Shown: positions 39,191 through 51,954 of the stretch, piece by piece | Layout of the letters: each line of letters opens with the position of its first letter | Numbering within the stretch: the first letter of the stretch is position 1 | NCBI GenBank assembly: GCA_002633005.1 | Contig: NMRA01000867.1 | Span: 49,661-113,660, forward strand | Source of the DNA: Phoronis australis | Lineage: Eukaryota; Animalia; Phoronida | DNA length: 64,000 bases | Direction of reading: 5' to 3' | Program-made: the position numbers and the translations under genes | Notes under the pieces: generated by a model | Seen by the model: only the letters and a program-made list of their open reading frames with translations | What the model was told of the DNA's origin: nothing | The model's database searches: none

Positions 39191-41531
39191 GGCAAATCAC
39201 AATCAAGGTCCATATTCGGTGGCCACTTTTGTTGAAAAATGAAGGTTGTCATATAACTTTAAAAGCTGGGTTATTTTAAAGTACCATCATTCCAGGTTTG
39301 TAATCTAAAATATTTTTGCACAAGAACCACCGAATAAAATTTTATGGCCTAATGCATCACAGTTGTACAAAAGGGTACGTATACTACAACTTGTGGTCAC
39401 AGTCAACTTCTACCATGCAAAAATTCATAAGGTAGCTGTTAATTTAACAAGTTCTTGATCAAATTGAAGAAGTATCACATACTAAAGTAAGAAAAGTTAT
39501 TACCATGCTGATCAAGTTGTTCTAGATTGTGATACATTGCTTATCTTAACACAGTATAATGAGAACTTCCTCTCTTGCAATATGATTCTTATAAAAAGAA
39601 AACGACAAGTAACTACTTTTTTCAAAAGCTTTATTGGTACTATTTGCTTAGTTTTCTGAATCTGTCAATACATTCACCAGTTGGTTAAAATAGTTAAAGC
39701 AATGCTAGGCCCAGTGTTCCACTTGTAAACAGTAAAGATGGTACTGGTTGGGGGGTACGTACACTACGCGCAGTCACTCAACTTCAAATTTTGACTAAGT
39801 TACAAATGCATGGGATGGTCTCGAGTTTTGTGCTGCCTCTACTTGTTGGTTTGTTGCAAGTTGTCTTGAGAGACAGAAAACCTGCCTCTGCAACATCAGT
39901 TGTCACATGAGGTGTCTTCTAGGATGTTAAGTACTGGCCAAGTCCTATGTGGCATTTTATTGTCCAAAAATTTGATAATGCCCATTGTTTTTTGTCAGAC
40001 TGGATTCATTTTGGAAATATCAGTATTGTTCATAAGAACAGCAGTATGTAAACATACTTATGGGCAATACTTTATAGCATAGAGATTAAGGTAAGTACAC
40101 TACATAGGGGTACGTACACTACATTTCAATGATTTGTCAGGTTTATAAATAATACTTGGAATCTAATGAGAGTTAGTTCATTTACCAAATCTATTCAAAG
40201 AGAACAACTAAAAAGTACAGCATACATGTGCATATCTGTCTGTCATTTTTTTGAAAACAGGCACATGTTAAAATATAGGGGTACGTACACTACACAAATG
40301 CTAATATTTCACTCAAAACAAATGTATTTGAATTAACACCCTTTTAACCTAGCATTTTAATGAAGGAAACTGTCTGTGACAAATGTTGTTTAATTACCGT
40401 GTAATATTTTTGTTTCATGGTATTTGTTCACATGGGGGTACGTACACTACATTTCAATGACATGTCAGGTTTGTAACTAAATACTAAGAATCTACTGAGA
40501 GTTAGTTGATTTACTAAATCAATTCAAAGAGAAAAAATACAAAGCCCAGCATTCATGTGCATATCTGCCGTACTTTGAAGATAGACACAAATTAAAATAT
40601 AGGGGTACGTACACTACGCAAATGCTAATATTTCACTCAAAACAAATGTAATTGTAATAAACACCGTTTTAACCTAACATTTTTGAGGAAGAAAACTGTC
40701 TACGACCAGTGTTGCTCACTTACCAAGTGATATTTTAATTTCATGGCATTTGTAAATATGGGGGTACTTACACTACAAGGGGGGTACGTACACTACATCA
40801 CTGTTTCTGCATCACATGGTAACATAATGTTGTATGGCCATTTATTTTTCTTTGATTATAATAAGCACCACGTTGTTATTTAAAAGGCAATAATTTCATT
40901 TGCAGTGCTCATTTGTGTTACTGAATTTCACATGGGGGTACGTACACTATATTTTGTTAGCCTTTTTGGCCCATTTTCAACATAGCAGAACCCAGTCAAT
41001 ATCCAAGCTTTTGGATTATTTAGATATTGAATAATTTCCTGTGTTGCCTAGACTAACATATTCTGCAGTTCTTTTTGTGACAGAGTTTGAACTTTAGTTT
41101 TTAACCTTCATTACAGTAGATGAGGGTTAGAAACACAGAATTTACAAATTTCGTAACGAGTGCCTGTTTTATGATGAACCCTACCATTTCTCAATGATTG
41201 AGCACAACTTCATCTAAGTGATTCTAAAAGTGACTCAAATTATTCCCAGTCATATCTAAGCAATTGCTTACTTGATAAAATAAATTTCTTTTCTACTGTT
41301 GACAATTGAAAATTGTATTTTTTAAGTTGGCTAAAAATGCATGAAATTCATAGAAAAAACATGCATAAATTTCTCAAACATTGTCCGATTTTGATGATTC
41401 TTTTTTTAATTTGCACAACTAAATAACTCTTTGCATATGAGATTCAGTTGGCATTTGGTAAGTGGCCAAAAAATTATTTTAGACAGTAACACAGTCAACT
41501 CTCGAATATGGACCTTGATTGTGAGTTAGCC
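39191..41531. mobile_element. 2.3 kb non-autonomous DNA transposon with arrays of GGGGTACGTACACTAC
   Basis: TIR GGCAAATCACAATCAAGGTCCATATTCG / CGAATATGGACCTTGATTGTGAGTTAGCC; absent at the homologous site of unit A (~18870); internal ~326 bp tandem duplication. Confidence 0.8.
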
Positions 41532-41608
41532 GATATCTTTCGTTTTCCAGCAACAATAAGGTCAAGTTCAATTCCAAAGCTTTTTGCCGTCACGTATATA
41601 GAGAATCC

Positions 41609-42377
41609 TACACTCGTCTCAGGTTTGTGACAAGGCCTAAACGTCTTGGAAAGTTCTTCAAAATCCCGAGGCTTTAGGGTCTGTTTTCTCACATGATCCG
41701 TAAAAACGACCTTTTTCCGAAAAACTCGACGTGTATAAAACTTTCACCACATGACGCAATTTTTGTAAAAACACGCTTGCGCAAAGTAAATCAGTTACTT
41801 TTTTGTTAATAGTTTTATATTGAACTTAGCAATTGTAAATTACATTCAGCTATCGTACCAAATATTCAAGTTAGAATCTAATAAATAGTCTTTGAAGTTG
41901 TAATATTAAAGCTTTAAAATCGTTTGTAAATAACAGTCAGCAAGGCTTCCCAGCGAGTGAGCACTGAATTGACCTTGAGACAGCACAGCTAAACAGTCTC
42001 ACCGCATTTCTTGAGTTCGGGTTCGTGAACAAACGTGGATCATATGGAATTCGCCGCCGAAGATGGGTCCGTTTAAGAAGTTGTTTGCATGTCTTTCCGA
42101 ACGACTGGGAATACGTTCAGTTGCGACACTTGATTTGTCGATCATAATCTTGTCAACTTCATGGAATTCCAGCATTGTTTGGTTGGCGCGCGTTTGGTTG
42201 TTTTAGTGTATTGCAGACGATAAAATGTAAGACGTATCAGGAAGAGATCTCTTCCTGGACGTATGGATTTCTGCTTAGCACTACTTTGTGATTCGCCTAC
42301 GTAAAAATCAAAAAACTACTCGATGTTATTAAGCAGTCGTGTCGTAACACATTCTAGATCGTGTGAGAAATCCATTT
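41609..42377. mobile_element. MITE-like insertion, terminus TAGAGAATCCTACAC
   Basis: Absent in unit A (18935-18945 is contiguous there); imperfect inverted termini; related end at ~8690-8720. Confidence 0.55.
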
Positions 42378-43815
42378 CCAGTACGACGTGAACTTCTCAC
42401 TTTCCCAGTAAAGACATGTTATGAAAAAGTCTTATAAAACACAATTCTGAAGTCCAGGTAATCGAGCCAATAACAAAAACGTGAATTGAAAAATCACCCT
42501 GTGTGTACCTTGGGGACTGGGTCCCCATGGTGATGTCCTGTGGATCTTTAGCTCGTAGTTTTTTACAAACTTAACGATAGAGTACAGAGGCATGTGGCTC
42601 ATTTTAGAGCCGTTGCTTCGCAGTCCTTATGTAGCATCTTTCTAAATTGGTCTGTGCCTGATAGATCTCATCAATAGCTTCAACAAACGTCTCACTCGTT
42701 TGTTGCTAGGACATGCCGTTCTCATGTAAATCGCGATTTCCCGACTCAGCTTTTGTTTTTTATTAACTGATCAATCCACGCTTTAATCCTGTCAATTGGC
42801 CTCTTGTACAAGCTTTTCACTCCCAGTATTTGTCATCACCACTATTTCGACTCGCCGGTGTTTTTCGAGTGTCGCCGTCGTCATCGACAATGGTTTCACC
42901 GTCGTTATCGTCTTCGTTGATGACACGTAGGAGTCAGTGTCGTCGCTTTGCTTGCATACGTCCTCGGTATCGTTGCCTTCGTCGTAGTCGAATCTGTCAA
43001 GTGGCGCTTTCAGTTTCAAGTTATACGCCTTCAGAAATTTGTTTCTGATCCTTAAGGCAGCTTCTAACCAAGATTTTTGAATTTACATTTTCACGTTGAT
43101 TGGCATTTTAATAAGTTTAATTCGAAATACGAAGTTGTTATATTGTAATTAATATACCTTCACCGAAAGGGGTCTGTTTCATTAACTTTTCAACGTTTTA
43201 CACATGCAGCAGTCTAAAGTTCAAAACAAAGATCAGTCGCACGTTTTGGTGTTAGTCCTCGTTTCGACTGTGTGTAACAAACGTCATCAACTAAAATGAT
43301 AAAATCATACCCAGTGGTCCTATCGATATGTTACTTAAGGAAGAAGCGACAGCGAGAGTACAAGGACTTCAGAGAATTGGAATCTTTAGTTGAACCAAAC
43401 CAGCCAACCTTAGAGCTTGGTGTCCAGAGTTAACCAAGATTACAGCAGGCTTTGCAGTAGAAGAAAGCATGGTCATAGCCTATTTTGCCGAAGAATCCAC
43501 AGGATAGCTACCGACTGACAAAACCGTCATCTAGCCTAGACGGAAATGTGCAACTTTCGTCCACAAGTCTTAACGACCTGGCGTTGAAGTCCTGCCATCT
43601 GTTCAGTAACGCTAGGACCTCCATAAAAAGCAAGACTTCGCGAGATTACGTGAGAAAATTGCCGTGTATTTTTAATGAGAGCACGTGACTTTGACTAGCC
43701 TTTAGCTAGTTCCTAGCTAGTCTAGGTCTTATTGTTACTGAACGCATATATCCGTTCTTACATAACTGTGCATGTTCTAAGAAAAATGGGTTAGGTCTCG
43801 ACTGTTGCATGGCGT

Positions 43816-45859
43816 CTAGACCGACGACACCAATTCGTTCATAGACGTTAGATTACCATTCGATCCCAAGCTTTCTTGAGTGGGCCCGCGGTCATTGTCG
43901 TCTGCTTTCTTAGTCGAGCACCTGCATTTCTGTTTGAGAAGGCGAAAAACTTTCTTCGAAAAAACAAATGCCAAGCAAATAAAAACGCCTTGAAGGCTAT
44001 TAAACAGTATAAACATGTTCCAGAGATCACTGGACTCCGTCATAGAAGCGAAATAACCCAGAAGCCAAGTGATGCCCATTATAATGGACAGTTTGGCATA
44101 CAACAGCACTCGAAGCTCGTCTCCCTTCTTCCTCTCCACTTGGCCGGTGAGAATGCTTTTACAGATAACCCGAACTGTGAAGACAAAAAATACCAAGTTG
44201 ACAAATAGAACAAATGCGGCAGGCAAAGTGAAAAACGCCAACAATCCATCCCGGTTTGTTATAAAGCAAAAACCGTCTCCGTACGCTGGTTTTATGACAG
44301 ATCCGGGGATGTTGTCAAACACAACACTGACAGTTATACAAACTAGAGGTCCTGACCAAGCATACAGATTATACCGAATGAAACGTTTGGTATCAAATTC
44401 GTCTAAAGCTCTGACGACAAAAATCTTCCATATATCAAAAGACATGACGTTCATCCAAAAGAAAGACGACATAAAGAAGTAGTGAATGGAAACTGCTATA
44501 ACTTTGCAAAGGATCGTATTCTCTGTGCGCATTATTCCTGCCAAAAATAGCACGTGGGCGATAAGTAATGATGCCGAGAGACACATTAGACTCTTCCCTC
44601 GGACACTGCGCAGTTGTGGAAGCAAGGTGTAGACGACGAGTACCGAACCAAGACCGACGACGGATAATATTTGGCTTGCAAATGACATGAGACCCTGTGA
44701 CTCAGTAAATTTCGATCCTGCTGGCGGCTCGTTCGTGGTGAGGTTGGAATCGTTAAATAAATTGCAAACTGACAGAAAATTTACACCATTTTGGGTCACT
44801 TTTGCATATTCTTCTGAAGAGAAGTGATAATTAGATTCACCAATGCTCAATTCAATGGACCCGTTCTTGTGAATGTCAAACAAGCGCTCGGGAAGTAATA
44901 TCCTTTGGCAAGAGAATATATTTCCGTCCGATTCAGTCGAACATTCATCCTCCAACAACCTTGTACCTGGTTGGCAAACGAAAGTTATACACATGCCGAG
45001 TTGTGGTATGTACCTTTGGTTTTGTTTGCACTTGTCTTCTCTTGTCAAGTCAAGAGATCCAATCTTCGTACTGGCTTCTTTTGGACCCTTATTCATGTCA
45101 AATAAAAACGAAAGAGGTACATATTGCAACTTTCCCTCACTGGCCGCAAAGCCCAAGCTTGAGCATCGTGCAGTTATATTCCTCTCTGTACTGCGACAGG
45201 CGTAGCAATACCAATTTCTGTACAAACTCAGTCCGCTGTCGGATCCCACGCGACTTGTGTATGCACCGCAGAGACTCCGGATAGTTTCATTAGAAAATCT
45301 GTCGTCACAGGACGATATGACATGAGACTCCTGTTTTCGACAGGGAATGGGTTTAGCTACCGTGCTTACAAATTCGTCTACTTGGTATGTACTATTTTCT
45401 CTGCATTGCCTTACGAAGGTTCCGTTGTTGCTTTTGAACAACCTCGATTTGCAAGAAATTTTTGCAGTGAAAAACGACGTCTCGTTATCGAAATTGCAAA
45501 TTGCACAGTAAATATTCTTGAATACAACTGACGATTGGGTGCTGTAAACTGGGATAATTTGTACTATCCAATTGCCTTCTTGTCGTTGCTTCTTCAGTGG
45601 ATACTCATTCAGGTGAATCGGTAATGATGTATCTGGTGTGTGCTCACATTTGTCGCGATCTCTCAGTGAGACGTCTGTGTAGCTCCAGTGACATTTATCT
45701 ACGTACTCGACGAAGGTTTGATTCAAAAGCTGCCCACAACTCATTTTCTTGTTTAAAAGCCATGGCCTCTTGAAGTCTCTGACCACCGTTCCTGGGAAGT
45801 GGTCCGCGCAGCAGTCGTTGGTACGGTCACAAATGTCATCACAGTAGCAACTCACACCC
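43816..45859 (-). CDS. Class B (secretin-family 7TM) Methuselah/adhesion-like GPCR with a Cys-rich, somatomedin-B-like N-terminus; 5' end disrupted or spliced
   Basis: 679-codon ORF: CYCDDICDRTNDCCAD, FKNIYCAICN, YRNWYCYAC, then a 7TM region (LRSVRGKSLMCLS, CKVIAVSIHYFFMSSFFWMNV, YAW, KLSIIMGITWLLG, FILFNSLQGVFI). It ends -VSSV. Confidence 0.88.
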
Positions 45860-46284
45860 CTAAAAGCAAAACACGAATTATTAAATCTTACTGTTATATA
45901 TGGGTCTTGCTTTCAATAGGACCTACAAAGATTACACAGCGACACTCGAATCTCGCTGTATTTACCCACGATGCCGCAATATTCGTCAAGAACCATAGCC
46001 TCATTGAAGTTCCACGTCTGTGTCGTTGTCTTGTTCTTTACAAGTTTTTCTCGGCTGCATCACTCTATTCGCCCTTCCAAAGACATCGAGTGTTAAAAAA
46101 CTTGACAAATAGCCGCGGACGCGATATGTTAAGTTTTCTTTCCGACACCAGTCAAAACAAAAAAGGCGGAGAGAGTAGAGATAAGGCAAGTTCGTCGGGT
46201 TAATTTTGAATCCGGCCAACAGAATACCATAACTCGGACACTTCCCAAAAATATACAGACAATGCAAATGACAATGCATTGCAT
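45860..46284 (-). pseudogene. Damaged 5' coding region of the GPCR
   Basis: An in-frame ATG at 46284 gives the hydrophobic MQCIVICIVCIFLGSVRVMVFC, but in-frame stops follow at 46131, 46095, 46062 and 45915. Confidence 0.5.
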
Positions 46285-49200
46285 TTTGATTTACGTACAA
46301 GATTTGTTGTTTAAACTCAAAAACGGGATCAAAAAGGTATTAAGTCATTAAATCAAGGCAAACGCATTGCTCATGGAATCGATTGTTGATTTCTGATTTT
46401 CATGTTTATTTATCTACAAAAATCGACCGATTGAGAGATGATTTTTTGACAGTTAGAAGCCAATCTTGTAAGCAATGGCGATGCTTCACTGAACTTAGTT
46501 GCCGGCTGATATTGGGGAAATTGGATCCATCATCAGATCCCCAAATAGCAAAGTACACTAAACGATTTTGTTTATCTAAAATAGGTCTCGAGGATATTGA
46601 TGAATGTCGGACAGCTCTACAAAGAGTCCCAAAATGTTTTCACAAGTCAAATTCTAACGGGGCTCAAATCCCGATAACATTAATTTTTTACAAACATTAA
46701 TAATTTCTAAAATATATAAAATGCACTACTGTCACATAATGACAATAAATTGTTTATTGAATTGGGAACTACATTAGTGGTTTAAATTCACAATACGTAC
46801 ATCGAAAAAGAAGTTAAGTCCTTAAATAAATAAAATTGCTCGTTAACTTGGAAACATTGTCTTGGCACTTTCTTCATGATTTTAGTTTCCTGTTATGTAG
46901 TGTTGCGTAACTGAATCGTTTGCTTGCCGTTCCCGTGCACAGACGGAGCACCTCATGAATAACCATCAACGTTAAAAATAAGGTGTAACCATTTAGTAGC
47001 GTGGGCGGCGCACCATAGGGGGCTGGGGGGGGGCTATAGGATCGAAGGGGGAAGGGGTAGTTTGGTGAAGTCGAATTGGTTTGTGCCCCCCTCTCCAATA
47101 ACTTTTGCCTTCCTACGGACCTGCCTTACGGTGCGAATATGCTGTTACCATTTCGTACGGACTTTTTAAAGCGGTCAGGTTGATGATCTCGTCAAAGACT
47201 TTTAAGAAAGAGTTTCGAAAACCCACCATATCAGGGTGGCAAACGTCAAAAATGACGAACAATCACGCGAAACAGAAGCCTTACCTGCATGCCGTTGCCA
47301 GTGGGTGAGAAGTATTTGAATGACACAAGCAAATGTCGTCTGCTCCACATTGCAACATATAATTGCATAAAGCAAAGTTTGGATACAAGAGACAAAGTAC
47401 AACTCTTGCAAAACGCCTCATTTGTAAGTATGAGGATACTAGATACTATCAGCACAAGTGACTTTACTCCAGCCCTTCCAGAAAATCAGATCCCACTGCT
47501 TAGAAATCAAGAGTTTCCGAGACATGATCACATTTTAAACTAGATCAGCAGTTATGACACAGGGGACTGTCTGAGTTATCGCTTCGAATAAGACAGGCAA
47601 ATGGCTTCAGTGAAGGATTACATTTGCGAAAATCCAAATCTCAAGGGATGACCTATTTAACAGAAGTATGTGTTAATAAATATAAATTGGCACGAGTTTG
47701 ACGCATTTTGTTACTTAGAAGCCACATCGCCTTAATGGAAAATAAATGTTAAACAGTAATCAAATTTCGGTGGCACTCAACAGTGTTTGCTATGTTAAAA
47801 ATCAAGTTCAATCTGCTCCAACTCTCTTTTTGCCACAGGGTGCACAATACAAAGACGTACATGTAACTGTGGGATGGAGGCGTTTATGTGATGGAAGAAA
47901 TGTGGCCCGATATTGGAATCAACTGTCACTTTATTTTATTTTTTTAAATAAGATAGGCTTTCACATTAGAATATTTGGGAAGAAGCATGCCTTTCATGTT
48001 AAGTGACAACTCTCAGGGGTCCTCTCTTTGAGGTGCGGCACGGGGCAGTTGCCCCCTTTGCATCCGATAGCACTGTCAACTATTCACGACAGGAATAGAA
48101 AACAATCACTATTGGTCACCACGAAAACCGCATAATATGGCCAGGCAAAGCACACCCGGTGTGCCAGCGTCAGGACAAGGCGCCGAAACAACAAAAAACC
48201 CGTGAGACTGAAAAAACAACAAAAAATAACAGCATTGACTGGAATCAAAAGATAAAAGAACTTAAACATAACAAATGTCGTGAATTACACAAAGGTAATA
48301 TTTTCGATGATATATCGGTCCTTTTCCTCACAGAATTCGAAGAATTGTATTTCAATAAAATCTTTCGTACGAAACTAACCTCGTTCCTGGTGGTTCGTTC
48401 GGGGTTCAAGTGTTGCCCGTATGTATGTATACTCGTATACGACTGAGACTTCGCTCGTGTTACATGACCGTAATCGTTATATCCGCTGAGAATATGTTTT
48501 TTAGTCATCAGTGAGCCCTAAAGAAGTTGTGAGTTCGTAATTTTGCGCTCGTAATTTAACGCTCATGTTTATGCGCTCGTAATTTTAGCAGGATGTCAAC
48601 CAGTCTACGAGGCAGCAACACTCAGTTGATATTGTCTGATAACAGTCGCAGGCCGGGCGCAGCCTTTATGGAAGTTCTTGTAGCTCGTCTATAACAAATA
48701 AATCCGCTAGTATAGGAATTTTTGTCTTCATTTACGCGAACCCGGCAGTTAAAGCTTTCATCTTCCTCACTGTGAAGACTAATAACCCTGTCCTCGTCGT
48801 CCAAGTATCCCCAGCGACTGGGCGGTGCCACTATGGCGAGGGGGAGGGTACCTGAAAATAAGACGGGAAACCAGAGAGGGCGAAAAAAACTGGTTGTACA
48901 AAAAGAACGGGTAAACTACAAAATGGGGAAAACTGAAGGGGCGGGCAAACAGGAAAAGGATCGAGAAAAGATCGGAAGGTGGGTAATAAAGGTGGACAGA
49001 AAATTCCAGGAAAAGCGGGAAGATAGACTGAAAGGCGGCAAAACAGGAAAACCAGACAAAGCGAGGGAAAAGGCAGGGAAACCAAAAATATAGTAGAAAA
49101 CAAAAAGTTGAAAAAGGTGAGTAAAAGCCAAAAAGACGGAGAAAGGGGTCGGGGAAATAGTAAAATTGAGGAGAAAGGACAGAAAAATGGCGGATGAAAC

Positions 49201-49516
49201 ATAAACGGGGACGGGGAAGGCGGGAAAAGGACGAAAAGGCGAGAAAACATTAAAAAGGCGGTGAAATAAAAAGAGCGAGGAAACTGAAAGAAGGGAATTC
49301 CATATCATTATATCTTATTAAGAAATTACGTCGCCTGTGGTCGTTGCACTCAGTGGGCAATGGCTCACCGTCTCTACCTCCGCGGTGGCAGCCGGGCTAA
49401 AAGGGTCTTTTTTTACTAAAGATATATGCGTTTAGTGCAGTAGGCCTACCGAAACAAAATTTGTCACATCAATTGTTAACCCATGACAAACAAATTGGGT
49501 CATTGTGCACTACCAG

Positions 49517-50496
49517 CACAGGCGGATTTAGGGGGGGGNNNNNNNNNNNNNNNNNNNNNNNNNNNNNNNNNNNNCCCCCCCCCCCCCTTGGCTGCCCCAC
49601 AAAAAATAAAACAGCAAGAGCGTAGGGAAATGTTGAGTTTATTAATTTGCCCCGGTAATTAAAATTATACGGCTGAAAAAAGGTTTATATGTGTGCAGTT
49701 TTAGTGTTTTTTTGGGGGGGCTCAGATCCAATTTCAAGTGTCAAATCCGGAACACGGCGCATTCGTAACGGAACTATGGCTTAGTGTAGGCTCTCCGGCT
49801 ATATCTCAGGCGACCGGCAGTGGCGCTGCGCAATACGACTCCGTTTCCGTCGTCTGCTCCACTGTGCAATGAGGAAAATTTACTTCATTTTTTAAAGAAA
49901 ATGGAACCCGAGAGACGATGAAAAAACAGAAGTTGCTGGTAAGATGTGAATTTTAATCGAAGCCTTAGTGAATCACTCAGAAACTCATTAATTCTCTCTT
50001 TGTCAAACCTTAACGGATTTGGTATTTTGGGCATTTGAACACTATTTTAAATACAACAAATTTGTTAAGAACCGATTGCACAAAAGATAAAACGTGTAAT
50101 AAGCATTACAAAAAGAAGTAGGTTTCGCGCGCAAACGGTGTGGACCATAAACAAGTAGGTCTTTTTGTTAAAGTTTATTAGTGAAATCGTGGTGGTGTAG
50201 TGGTAAAGCACGCACGTCCTATCAGCCAGGTCGTGAGTTCGAGTGTGTGGAACTCGCAGTTTTTCCTGTGTTACACGTTGTCCGTGTTTTTTTTATTTTT
50301 TGCCTTTTTTTTCTTGGATAATACATCAGAAATCAAGGAAAATGCTTGATAGAGGAAAAAACAGAAAAATTTCCTGGGCGGGAGGGGGACTTTGCCCCCA
50401 TTCGGTGCTATGCGCATCTACAAACGTGGTTTGCGCAAATGCCTACAGCCGGACAAAATGTTGGGCCCCCCTTGTGATATCCTAGATCCGCCACTG
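49517..50496. mobile_element. hAT-like non-autonomous element containing a gap (49539-49574) and a tRNA-like fragment (~50190-50245)
   Basis: Termini CACAGGCGGATTTAGGGG / CCTAGATCCGCCACTG with G/C runs; internal GGTGTAGTGGTAA...GAGTTCGAGT A/B boxes. Confidence 0.55.
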
Positions 50497-51954
50497 ACCA
50501 GACTACACTTCGATGAAGCTTCTTTCAGCGACCGTGTACTCGACCGAGGCCGAGAGCTCAACTCGCTGGTTCCCTGCATGCCACTAGGTGGGGCGGTAGC
50601 CGCGTCAGCAGGCTCAAGAGAAATGCAGCACACGTGACTTGTTATCAGCTGATTACAAGGGTAAAGGTCGGTGACCTATATAACGACTGAAAAAAGACGT
50701 CGACGAAGAAGCTCGGTGGTCGTTTCCAAGCTTACGTGAGTTAGCATGTTTTATAAGCATTTTATGGAATTTACTTCTGTTTTCTTTCAGGAATTGTAGA
50801 TTTCTCATTTCCTTGAATGCCGTTGTTGATAATGGTTATATTCCACGACAAAGATGGTCAAAATTATGAAAATTAATTGGCCAAGACACGAGACGCCGCC
50901 GACCGCTGTCAGATTCTCGATTCAGTTCAGAGGGTGTCCTGACCGGGCTCAAATTCCAGCCTAGACCTAAGTTGACGTTTGTATCGTGGATAGACTTTCG
51001 TTGTTTCTCACTGTGGCCACTGTGGCCAGTCGTATACTCGATTTAAATGGTTGCAGGTTTTGACTTCACATCGCTGTCGTTAGCCAGCCAGCTAGCTGTA
51101 TGAAGACTGTCGTCGAAATACAGCTAGGTACCACTGTGTCTGTGACAGTCTGTGTGTATTTCTTCCGTAGACCATTAAATTGCACACAGCCAGGGTAGTT
51201 CTGCTCGTCACCTCGCCGTGAAACTTGTATCAACATGTAAAGCCAAATTAGACCGGATGGGGTGCATGCTCTCCACAGGCATGCAACTCTGGGAATCAAC
51301 CAACACTCACTAACCGACACTCGTTAAGTGAAAAACAATTATGCAATAAACGTCATTTTCTTGTGTAACTCTCCCCCTTTTCTAACAATGAAAAGTATGT
51401 TGTCGTTTTGAAAACAGTACGCTCATGTCATGCGCACTCGCCATTTCCTAAATTTTTGCAACATCTCTCGGGACGAGCTTCTAAGATGTGGTGGTCTAAA
51501 ACATGTTGCTAGGGTTTCTCTTGCACTTTTCTGGAGTTTGGAGCTATACCCCAACTTATATTATATTATAGCTACATATTTTATGTTGGGTTCACATGAA
51601 TGTATACTCTGAAACCCTGGGGTTACACACATTCTATGGCAGCCCATGGAAGGTGTACAGGACGCACTGCTTAAGTGGATGTTTCTCAAACAAAACCTTA
51701 TGAAAGGGTGAATCATGAGTGCTCCCTAGTACAAGTGAATCCTTTTTTCCAGTATACTCTCTAAATGTGTGAGTATCCTAACTAAACTGCTCCTCCTTAA
51801 GAATGTATTACTTACGTACCCCCAGGGAAGAAAACCTTAGCTCTTCAGTACCAAAAATGCTAGTGAACAAGTGTTGTTCTGTCCACACAAGGATGTTTAC
51901 ACATAACTGTGTACTAGAAAAATAAATATATAGATGCTGAGGTTGGCCAATGGT

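Larger units (their letters stand above)
23788..47726 (+). repeat. Tandem segmental duplication, unit B (longer because of TE insertions)
   Basis: See unit A. The junction reads GAAGCCACA-A-CAAGATAAGTATTCA at 23786/23788. Confidence 0.88.

Noticed and set aside
39750-40950. CRISPR-like array of GGGGTACGTACACTAC
   Set aside because: Eukaryotic context, a 16 bp motif, irregular and partly duplicated spacers, enclosure by TIRs, and no cas genes.
45913-46062. In-frame TGA codons in the GPCR 5' region as selenocysteine or readthrough
   Set aside because: TAA stops and apparent frameshifts occur in the same stretch, and no SECIS was recognised.
43876-46203. Plus-strand ORFs overlapping the GPCR (and minus-strand ORFs over the MCT exons)
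   Set aside because: Antisense shadows of real coding sequence with no independent motifs.
48831-49308. Phe/Pro/Leu-rich 130-139 aa membrane-protein-like ORFs
   Set aside because: Artefacts of purine/pyrimidine strand bias.
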